From a virus: DNA of 64,000 nucleotides. Shown piece by piece: positions 56,281 to 64,000 of this stretch (the first letter of the stretch is position 1; each line of letters opens with the position of its first letter). The position numbers and the translations under genes are program-made. The DNA lies in IMG/VR virus record IMGVR_UViG_2718217944_000002; one strand, 5' to 3'. The notes under the pieces are model-generated. The model searched no databases, was not told the origin of the DNA, and saw nothing but the letters and a program-made list of their open reading frames with translations.

Positions 56281-57312
56281 ATGCCAGCTATTACACCGTC
56301 CTATCAAATTGTTAACCCGTCGTACATCATGCCGGAAATGATCCTGAGCTATCAGCAGGCATCCGGTGCCTTTTCTGTCATGGCCAGCGGTAATCCGCTG
56401 GTTCGTTTGTCGGAGGGAGATCAGTACGTCTACATGAAACGCCTGGATATTCGTACCCAGGTGACCAGCAGCCAGTCCGGCAACGCCAACCAGCTCCCCT
56501 CTGTGGCGCTGGATGCGCGGATGATTAGCACCCCGACGTATATGTTCCGTGCGCGCGCCATTTACGATCATCATGATATGGCCGCAGCCGGCAACTGGGG
56601 CATAGCTCTCCCAGAAGCGCAACGTCTTGGCACCCGCCAGGCAATTTTCCAGCAGCTGCGCGGCGCTTTGCTGTACGGCATGAATCCGGCAGGCGGCGAG
56701 GGCGTACTGAACACCAACGGTGCGACCACGATCAGCCTGCCGGCAGATAGCAACGGTAATACCACCGTACTGACCTATGACCACGGGCAGATGGCGGTAT
56801 TCCTGCTGGCGCAGATCCAGGCGATTCGCACGCGTACCATGCAAATGGGGCGTCCGTCTCGCATGGTTATTCTGGGGCCGCAGCGCACCCTCGGCACGAT
56901 GGAGATGCAACAAATCGTGCAACTGACCAGCTATCAGCGGCCGGGTGGCGGTACGTCGACGGTGAAAGGCACTGTGGCGAACGTGGCCGATGAAGCCGAT
57001 TGCGGTATCGACTGGGTATATGACGACACGCTGATCGGTGCCGGTGCTAATGGTACCGACGCGATCATTATCGCGATGCCTGAAGTTGAGCGGCCGGAGG
57101 TGAATGCGAAAATCAACACCAACGAATTCGCCAAACTGAGCCCGTCACTGGAGGCCACGTCGTTGATGCTGTGCGACATGGCCGCGCCGCGTGAAATTCC
57201 AACCCCGATCGCCGGTGGCGCTATCGATGTGCTGTCGGAAATGCGATCCACCTCAGGTTGGGTGCTGCGTCCTGAGGCATTGACCGTCATTTCAATGAAA
57301 TACAGCGACTAA
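56281..57312 (+). CDS. Major capsid protein (DUF2184-like)
   Basis: 343 aa after decoration gene; LLYGMNP..GEG.LN; RSTSGW.LRPE. Confidence 0.75.
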   Translation: MPAITPSYQIVNPSYIMPEMILSYQQASGAFSVMASGNPLVRLSEGDQYVYMKRLDIRTQVTSSQSGNANQLPSVALDARMISTPTYMFRARAIYDHHDMAAAGNWGIALPEAQRLGTRQAIFQQLRGALLYGMNPAGGEGVLNTNGATTISLPADSNGNTTVLTYDHGQMAVFLLAQIQAIRTRTMQMGRPSRMVILGPQRTLGTMEMQQIVQLTSYQRPGGGTSTVKGTVANVADEADCGIDWVYDDTLIGAGANGTDAIIIAMPEVERPEVNAKINTNEFAKLSPSLEATSLMLCDMAAPREIPTPIAGGAIDVLSEMRSTSGWVLRPEALTVISMKYSD

Positions 57313-57377
57313 TACCGCCGCGTCAGTTTCCCTGCGCGCCTTCTGGTGCGTAGGGATTTTTTTATCCGGGAGTGAAG

Positions 57378-57863
57378 ATGAAACTTTATATCGCCAATAC
57401 CACCAAGCAACGCCACGACTTCGCCTATCGCCAGCCTGAAACAGGCCGACTGATTTACCACCCAATCAATGCCGGCGCGCAATCCGTCGTGTTGGACGGC
57501 ACCCGGGGGGAAATTGATTTGGTGATCCAGCAGCATGGCGTTTATGGCCTGATCGACGCCACGAAAATCGACCAGAACCGCGTTTATATCGGCCTGTGCT
57601 ACAGCATCGACAAGCCGGTGCAGTCGCGCATCATCGAAAAAGCGATGCGTGATAACGACGATCACCTGAACCGCGCCGCACATGAACGCCGTCAGGCGTC
57701 TGTGATCGCCACCAACAACGCGCTGAGCGAACAGGAAAGCGGTTATCGCGGTGAATTGGAGGTGAGCGCAGAACAGCGAATGAACGCCAACGAGGACAAG
57801 GACGAAACCCAATTCGTTGACGAAACACTGGCTGTTAGCACGGGCAAAGGAAAGAAAAAATAA
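57378..57863 (+). CDS. Virion-associated hypothetical protein
   Basis: GGAG SD; follows MCP terminator-like hairpin. Confidence 0.7.
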   Translation: MKLYIANTTKQRHDFAYRQPETGRLIYHPINAGAQSVVLDGTRGEIDLVIQQHGVYGLIDATKIDQNRVYIGLCYSIDKPVQSRIIEKAMRDNDDHLNRAAHERRQASVIATNNALSEQESGYRGELEVSAEQRMNANEDKDETQFVDETLAVSTGKGKKK

Positions 57864-57875
57864 GCGGGGTGTGTC

Positions 57876-58301
57876 ATGCCTGAACTGGCCGGTTTTATCC
57901 TGTTTATCCGAAACACGATGGGCGTTAGTGCTGACGTGTTACCCGACGATGATCCGAGCGTTAACCTCGCCTGGTCAATGTCAATGGACTGGGTGAACGG
58001 GCAGCTCGCCTGCATTAGCCCCGTTCTGTATTCGCAGGCCGTATACAACCTCGCGGCGTCATTTCTCATCAACTTTGGCCCCGAGGCGGTTTTCGGTGAA
58101 CTCAGAAAAACGCTGGGAACCAATAATTTCACTGCCGGGGTGATCAGCGCCTCAGCGGATGAATCGACCAGTCAGACCCGGGTCGTCAGTGATGCCTTTA
58201 AAAATCTTTCGCTCGCGGATCTGCAACAGCTTAAAGATCCGTATGGTCGTTGGTATCTGGCGATCGCGCAGCAGTACGGGGATTTGTGGGGGCTGTCATG
58301 A
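57876..58301 (+). CDS. Head-tail adaptor (DUF4054-like)
   Basis: AVYNLAASFL, GVISASADESTS, DPYGRWYL. Confidence 0.7.
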   Translation: MPELAGFILFIRNTMGVSADVLPDDDPSVNLAWSMSMDWVNGQLACISPVLYSQAVYNLAASFLINFGPEAVFGELRKTLGTNNFTAGVISASADESTSQTRVVSDAFKNLSLADLQQLKDPYGRWYLAIAQQYGDLWGLS

Positions 58302-58729
58302 AACTCCATCTTGGCGTCCTTGATCTTCCCTATGAGAACGAGGCCACAACGACCGGCGACGTGGCCGACATTCTCGAAGGGAAATATCACATCATGCAGA
58401 CGTTCTTCGATCGGTATGGCGAGGATATTGCGCGGATGATGAGCGATGACCTGGCCGCCGGGCTGGAAAATCTGCTGGCGGGTGCACCGTTGCCTTCGGA
58501 TCCGTTCGCGGAATCCATGTCGCAGGTGCATCACCTCTTTGTGGCGTTTCTGGACAATGCCGAGATGAACGGGACTGAAGGCGTACCCACGAAACGCGCG
58601 CTGGACGGTATCAGCAAGCGTTTCAAAGGGAAAAAGGGGGAGGTGCGGCCATCATTTATCGATACCGGTATGTTCCAGGCCTCAATGCGTGCCTGGATAA
58701 GCGGGGTGCTGAATGCCTTCCCTCAATGA
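58298..58729 (+). CDS. Neck protein
   Basis: C-terminal RPSFIDTG. Confidence 0.65.
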   Translation: MKLHLGVLDLPYENEATTTGDVADILEGKYHIMQTFFDRYGEDIARMMSDDLAAGLENLLAGAPLPSDPFAESMSQVHHLFVAFLDNAEMNGTEGVPTKRALDGISKRFKGKKGEVRPSFIDTGMFQASMRAWISGVLNAFPQ

Positions 58730-59651
58730 ATTATCCCAGGCGAAAACGGAGCTTAACGCGTCGTTGGTGCAGGGGCTGGAGGATATAAGCCGATCGGCAT
58801 CGGTGACGTTCACCAAATACGTCCGAAAGGTGCTTCCGCTGGATGGCTTCGTGTTTTGGGTAAAGGCGTCGATTATTGCCGATGATCCGGACGGTGAACC
58901 GGATACCAAGGACGTAAAAGGCTACCTGCACCTGACAACGGAAAGCATTCAGGATGAGGAGCAGCTCTACGACAAAAACGTGGTGACGTTTACCGCGCAG
59001 GCCGATATCGATCCTTTTAATGATATTGGCTCCGAGGTGCTCTACATCGGCGAGTTCTACGGCATCCGGTTTGCATTTTCTCGCCGTTCCGGGTTGAACG
59101 AACCGGCCAATATTTACCACTACACCGGGCACGCCATTTACCCGCACATGATGTCGCAGATCATCAACTCGCCGGCCGATATCGATCTAGCGGATGTGGT
59201 GGTTTCCAGTTCGCTGCCGATCTGGCTGTCATTGAACCAGTACATGCCGATGTTTCCGGCGATGTTGTCATTGCAGAACTTGGCCCCGCCGTATGCCACG
59301 GTGAAATGCAGTGACCCGGTACCGGTCGCCGGCGCTTTTTACCTGGATGAAAAATCCAACCAGTACCAGCTGGTTTCCGAGGATGTGACGATCTCGGTAA
59401 CCGGTATGCGCAATGCATCCGTAGAGGACTTTCTCCGCTACGTCCAGCAATACACGCTCAGCGATGATGCCGAGATGGGCGTGATGAATATTCCCGTGGT
59501 GCAGGATGAGCGTTTGCCGCAAAACGAGCTCAACATCATCGCCATGCGGAAGAAGATTAAATTTCGCGTCAATTACTATCAGCAGCGGATGAGGAATGTC
59601 GCCCGCCAGCTGATCACGTCCGCCATCCCGTCCATTTATGTGGAGAAATAA
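58713..59651 (+). CDS. Neck/tail completion protein
   Basis: 312 aa between neck and sheath; RKVLPLDGFVFWV. Confidence 0.6.
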   Translation: MPSLNELSQAKTELNASLVQGLEDISRSASVTFTKYVRKVLPLDGFVFWVKASIIADDPDGEPDTKDVKGYLHLTTESIQDEEQLYDKNVVTFTAQADIDPFNDIGSEVLYIGEFYGIRFAFSRRSGLNEPANIYHYTGHAIYPHMMSQIINSPADIDLADVVVSSSLPIWLSLNQYMPMFPAMLSLQNLAPPYATVKCSDPVPVAGAFYLDEKSNQYQLVSEDVTISVTGMRNASVEDFLRYVQQYTLSDDAEMGVMNIPVVQDERLPQNELNIIAMRKKIKFRVNYYQQRMRNVARQLITSAIPSIYVEK

Positions 59652-59655
59652 TTAA

Positions 59656-61050
59656 ATGGCCATAGTGAATATTAATGTATCGGTCACCAACCCACCGAAG
59701 CCGAGCCAGCTGCTGAAATCCGGCGCGCTGATTTCTGTCGGGGGGACGACGCTGGCACCGGGTAGTTATGAGCCGCTGACGTCGAAAGACGACCTGAAAA
59801 CGATTGTCGCGCCGGCGAAAACGATCACGGCGATCGCCTGGGCGACAAATACCGTCACGGTGACGTTATCTGAAGCACACGGTTGGGCCAACGGGGATGA
59901 AGTTCCGGTGGTGCTTTCCGGTGTAGAGCCCGCAGGGTACAACGGCGCGCATACGGCAACGGTGACCGGCGTCAAGGCGTTTACCTATGCGTTGAGCGCC
60001 GATCCTGGTACCGCAACAAAGATGGGAACTGTGGTGTCTGTGGCATCCGGCGAAATTCAGCAGATGAATACCACCTACTGGGCGCAGGGGAGCAGCCGCG
60101 CGGTTTATGTGCTGGAATTGGGCGAACTTAGCGCCGCAGATGCGATCAAGGCGTTGAGCGAGTTTATCGACGAAGATATTTCGCTGGGCAACACCTATCA
60201 AAAATTCTTCTCCTACCTGGTTCCCCGCGAATGGGACGAAGAGGCCTCATTCAAGACGCTGGCGAACAACTACACCTCGCCGGGATCGCTGGTGAAGTTT
60301 TTTGTCACCACCACCATTGCCACCTATGAAGCGTGGGCGACGGGTAAATACCCGAATGTGTTCGCTGGCGTTGAAGCTCCGGGGATTGGCGCTACCGAGT
60401 TTTCGATGGCGGCACCGTTCCAGTCGTCGCTGGTCAACGATCCGAGCTCGTCGAATATGGTGCCGCCGATGGCGTTCCGCTTCATGTATGGCGTGACGGA
60501 TTATCCGCCTGCTGGGAACGGCAAGCTGCTCAAATCCTTGCAGGACAGCAACATCAACTACATCGGCACGGCGGCCGAGGGTGGTTTAAGCAACAAGATG
60601 CTGGTCGCCGGCCATATGCTGGACGGCATGCCGTTCAACTACTGGTATGCAGTGGCCTGGTGCGCCATCAATCTGGAGATGGATCTGGCAAATGAGGTGA
60701 TTAACGGCTCCAACACCACCGTTAACCCGCTTTACTACGAGCAAAACGGCATCGACCGCTTGCAGCGCCGTGGGTTAAAAACGCTGCGATCTGGCATCAG
60801 CTATGGGCTGATCCTCGGCCAGGTGATCGACACGAAACTCAGCCAGGACGTCTTCAACGAAGAGTACGAGAAAGGCACCTACGCCGGTAGCGCGGTGATC
60901 AACGCCGTGCCGTTCGCCAACTACACCAGCCTGAATCCGTCCGATTACGCCGATGGGAAATACAGCGGCCTGAGTGCGGTTGTCACACCGAAGCGTGGTT
61001 TCGAGTCCATCACCTTCAACCTCAACGTAACCAATTTTGTGGGGGCGTAA
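59656..61050 (+). CDS. Tail sheath-like protein (DUF3383-like) with an inserted beta domain
   Basis: IVNINVSV N-terminus, NYWYAVAWC, YYEQNGIDRL. Confidence 0.75.
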   Translation: MAIVNINVSVTNPPKPSQLLKSGALISVGGTTLAPGSYEPLTSKDDLKTIVAPAKTITAIAWATNTVTVTLSEAHGWANGDEVPVVLSGVEPAGYNGAHTATVTGVKAFTYALSADPGTATKMGTVVSVASGEIQQMNTTYWAQGSSRAVYVLELGELSAADAIKALSEFIDEDISLGNTYQKFFSYLVPREWDEEASFKTLANNYTSPGSLVKFFVTTTIATYEAWATGKYPNVFAGVEAPGIGATEFSMAAPFQSSLVNDPSSSNMVPPMAFRFMYGVTDYPPAGNGKLLKSLQDSNINYIGTAAEGGLSNKMLVAGHMLDGMPFNYWYAVAWCAINLEMDLANEVINGSNTTVNPLYYEQNGIDRLQRRGLKTLRSGISYGLILGQVIDTKLSQDVFNEEYEKGTYAGSAVINAVPFANYTSLNPSDYADGKYSGLSAVVTPKRGFESITFNLNVTNFVGA

Positions 61051-61053
61051 TAA

Positions 61054-61491
61054 ATGCCAAATCCATTAGTTCCGCAGGGATTCCTTAACCGCGTCCGGGG
61101 CGCGGTGAGCATTACCGATAACCCGGCGTTAAACGTCACGGCGTCATTCCTGGGCAAAGAGGGGATCAGCATGCGGCCGGATACCGCCGCCACTGACATT
61201 ATCCCCACGATGACCGGCACCGTGGGCAGCCAGGCACCTTACCAGCAGGTGACCTTGACGGTGCATCTGCTGAAAACGCAGGGACTGGCCGCCAGCTATC
61301 AGCGACAGTTTGCCTCCGACACCGCTCTAGGAGAGGTGGTGGTTACGCCGGATGCAACCACTTTCGGCAACTACACCATTCTCAACTGCTACCTGGTGAA
61401 TTTTAACGAAATCACCCTCAACGGTACGGATGCCGGCTTTGTTGCGACAATTTCTGGCTACCTGACCACCAACGACAAGATGTGGGATTGA
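61054..61491 (+). CDS. Tail tube protein
   Basis: 145 aa beta-rich protein after sheath. Confidence 0.7.
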   Translation: MPNPLVPQGFLNRVRGAVSITDNPALNVTASFLGKEGISMRPDTAATDIIPTMTGTVGSQAPYQQVTLTVHLLKTQGLAASYQRQFASDTALGEVVVTPDATTFGNYTILNCYLVNFNEITLNGTDAGFVATISGYLTTNDKMWD

Positions 61492-62078
61492 TGGGTATGA
61501 AAATTGATAAAAAACTGAACTTCGTCAGCACGATCACACGCGATGATGGCTCACTGGTTTACCTGCATGTTGTGCCATTCCCGTATGAGGTAGTGCAGGA
61601 AAACTGCGTGATGCTGGGGAACATGTTCCATAACTTCTTCACCTCGGTGGGGGCGACGGGGGCTCCGCGTGTGGCGGCGATGATGCTGCGAAATATTCTT
61701 AAGGCGCGGCAGGATGCCGGGGACGTCCCGGCGGGTACGCCGACGCTGGTCGATGACATTCAACGACTGACGACAGTGATCTTCAATGATAACGGCGCAT
61801 GGCGTCCGGTACCGCTTGAGACAGCGTTCAAGCAGGACATTATTTCCCCGGACGAATACCGAGAAGTTGAGGGTGAGGTGGTGTTTTTTATGGTCGCCTC
61901 TGCCATTCAGAAAGCCAACCTGATAGCGGGGACGGTGGGGAAAGCGCTCGATATGTACAATGGGCAACTCGTCTCATTGAGCGCTACGGCGTTTCGCGAT
62001 TCTTTACCGACGTCGAAGACGGCTATCGATACCCCGACCCAGGAAGCCCCGCAGGAACTGTCGTACATTCCCTCCTGA
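61491..62078 (+). CDS. Tail assembly chaperone; overlapping -1 frame open to 62212
   Basis: Position between tube and TMP. Confidence 0.65.
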   Translation: MGMKIDKKLNFVSTITRDDGSLVYLHVVPFPYEVVQENCVMLGNMFHNFFTSVGATGAPRVAAMMLRNILKARQDAGDVPAGTPTLVDDIQRLTTVIFNDNGAWRPVPLETAFKQDIISPDEYREVEGEVVFFMVASAIQKANLIAGTVGKALDMYNGQLVSLSATAFRDSLPTSKTAIDTPTQEAPQELSYIPS

Positions 62079-62201
62079 CCTGGGCCTCCTGTGAGGGGTT
62101 CAGCGAACTCTGCCGGGAATTGGATTGCGGCAACTACAAAAGCCCGCTCCATTTCCGGCAGCGGTTCATTCTGGAAGAAATAAGACAGAAGGGCTATTTC
62201 A

Positions 62202-64000
62202 ATGGCAGCTAAATCCGTTGTTGAAATTGATGTTCAGGACGAGAAGTTTCAGGCGTTCCTTGAAAAATTCAATGATTACCAAAAGGCGCTCGAAGGGCTA
62301 CCAGAACAATGGCGGGGGGCTGCACAGGGGATCGGTGATTCTGCCAAACAGACCGAGAAGGTGCTGGGGAGTACGGAGGCGATCACCCAAGCATTTAACG
62401 ACGGGGTTGCAGCCATCGCCTCTGTTAATGATGGCCTCGACCGTTTAAATGGAAACCTTGAGAAAGCCAACAAAACGCAATCGGAATTCAACAAAAAGAA
62501 CCAGCGCGCCAGCACCTTTTTAGGTAAAGCCAGCAAAGATGCAAAAGAGCTTGCCGGCCACATAAAAAATGCGACAACGAGTTTGCTCTCGTGGGGGACC
62601 GTGTTAGGGCTGTTTTCTGGTCTGGCGGGTGTGGGTGGTCTGTGGGGGATCAACCGTCTGGCCGGATCTGCCTCCGCACAACGGTTTACTGCGATGGGAT
62701 TGGGAACGACTGCCGGCGGCCTTAACTCCAGCGCGGTAAACTACCAGAAGGCGCTCGGTAACCCCGTCGGCACCTTGGGGGCCATTCGGGACAGCCAACT
62801 GGATCTGAGCAAGCGCTGGCAGTTTAAGGCGATGGGGATTGATAACCCCGATCAGGATCCGGCGAAACTGTTGCCGCAGATGATAAAAAGCGCGCGTGAT
62901 ATTTTTGTGCGCAACGGCAGTTCACAGCAGGGCGCTGAAGCCTACGGGCTGACCAACTACTTCACCCTCGACGATCTCAATCGCTTTAAAAAAATGAGCG
63001 ATGCTGAAATCGATGCAATGACCAAGCAGGCGCAGAAGGATTCGCAGCGTCTGCAACTGACGGACCAGCAATTGAGGCAGTGGCAAGATTTCAACATTCA
63101 GCTGGATCGAAGCAAGGTCGGTATAGAGAACACTTTCATTCGTGGATTGGCACCGTTGACGCCTTCGTTAACCAAACTCTCCGACGCTGTTGAGGGGGCG
63201 CTCGATGAGTTATTAAAATCGCCAGAGCTGGGAAAATGGATTGACGGGGTTTCCGACGGGCTTAAAAGCTTTGCTGGTTATATTTCATCGGGTGATTTAC
63301 GTAAAGACTTCGATAGCTTCATGACCTCCATTCAGGAAATGGGGGTAACTGTTGATAATGTCGTTAAATTCCTGAAAGGCGAAACTATCAATGACTGGAT
63401 GAAAAAGTCTGAGGGTAGTGCTAATTCATCGGCTGAGTGGGTTAAGGAAAAAACAGGTTGGGATCCGAGAACGGTTGGCCCCTGGATTAAGTCCCATGTC
63501 GTTGGTGACAGAATGGAGGGTTTAAAACGATTTCGTGACGGCCAAGATGATGGTGGCGAATCGTGGTGGAAATTGCGGGCTGGTAATGATGGCATTTTAA
63601 ATAACAAATGGAATCAACCAGAGCAATACGCTCAATCCTCAAAAAAAAGAACCTCAGGCGCTGCCCCATCTGACTACGATGGATATTTTGAAGAGGCAGC
63701 CCAAAAATACGGGTTGGATGCGAAGTTGCTTAAATCTGTTGCCGGTGCCGAGTCGTCATGGAATACACGTGCTGTGAGCAAGGCAGGCGCTCAGGGATTG
63801 ATGCAGGTGATGCCATTCAACTTCAAAACCGGTGAGAACCCCTATAACCCCCGCGACAATATTATGGCTGGTGCCAGGGTAATGAAGTGGGCTAAAAATC
63901 AGGCCGGGGGTGACGTTGAGGAAATGCTGCGCTGGTATAACGGCGGAAAAAATCGCGGCAGCAAGGAGAATCGTGAATACCCAGGACGGGTACGAGAGCA
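62202..64000 (+). CDS. Tape measure protein with lytic transglycosylase (SLT) domain, 3'-truncated (not in ORF track)
   Basis: MAAKSVVEIDVQDEKFQAFLEKF...; in frame to AESSWNTRAVSKAGAQGLMQVMP...NIMAGA...YNGG. Confidence 0.9.
   Translation, partial: MAAKSVVEIDVQDEKFQAFLEKFNDYQKALEGLPEQWRGAAQGIGDSAKQTEKVLGSTEAITQAFNDGVAAIASVNDGLDRLNGNLEKANKTQSEFNKKNQRASTFLGKASKDAKELAGHIKNATTSLLSWGTVLGLFSGLAGVGGLWGINRLAGSASAQRFTAMGLGTTAGGLNSSAVNYQKALGNPVGTLGAIRDSQLDLSKRWQFKAMGIDNPDQDPAKLLPQMIKSARDIFVRNGSSQQGAEAYGLTNYFTLDDLNRFKKMSDAEIDAMTKQAQKDSQRLQLTDQQLRQWQDFNIQLDRSKVGIENTFIRGLAPLTPSLTKLSDAVEGALDELLKSPELGKWIDGVSDGLKSFAGYISSGDLRKDFDSFMTSIQEMGVTVDNVVKFLKGETINDWMKKSEGSANSSAEWVKEKTGWDPRTVGPWIKSHVVGDRMEGLKRFRDGQDDGGESWWKLRAGNDGILNNKWNQPEQYAQSSKKRTSGAAPSDYDGYFEEAAQKYGLDAKLLKSVAGAESSWNTRAVSKAGAQGLMQVMPFNFKTGENPYNPRDNIMAGARVMKWAKNQAGGDVEEMLRWYNGGKNRGSKENREYPGRVRE

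Overview
The window holds two different Enterobacterales temperate prophages in tandem and in the same orientation. They are joined at a duplicated 3' end of the isocitrate dehydrogenase gene (icd, 28218-28382), the known attachment locus of e14/phage 21-type elements. Prophage 1 (window start to ~28.2 kb) is the right part of an SfV/ST64B-like phage: C5 methylase, Q, pinholin/SAR-endolysin lysis cassette, HK97-type head, Mu-like contractile tail, then an acetyltransferase moron and hicAB. Prophage 2 (~28.2 kb to beyond the window end) has a lambda-like integrase/xis, a Rad52-like recombination module, a DicA/RacR-like switch, replication and methylase genes, Q, three tRNA-like genes, a second lysis cassette, and a DUF1073/DUF2213/DUF3383-type head and tail. 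Best novelty candidate: a three-gene sugar-modification cassette (sialyltransferase/Maf-like protein, GT9-like glycosyltransferase, SAM methyltransferase) in the prophage 1 late operon just before HNH-cos-terminase, possibly for virion glycosylation. Other notable signals: a 16-nt translation-start motif repeated before at least 7 early genes of prophage 2; a structured non-coding element conserved before both holins; an o-spanin whose C-terminus lies in the i-spanin frame; a NUDIX-DUF2213 fusion; and near-identical endolysins flanking a phage-sized hybrid unit. All family calls come from motif recognition by eye, not database searches.
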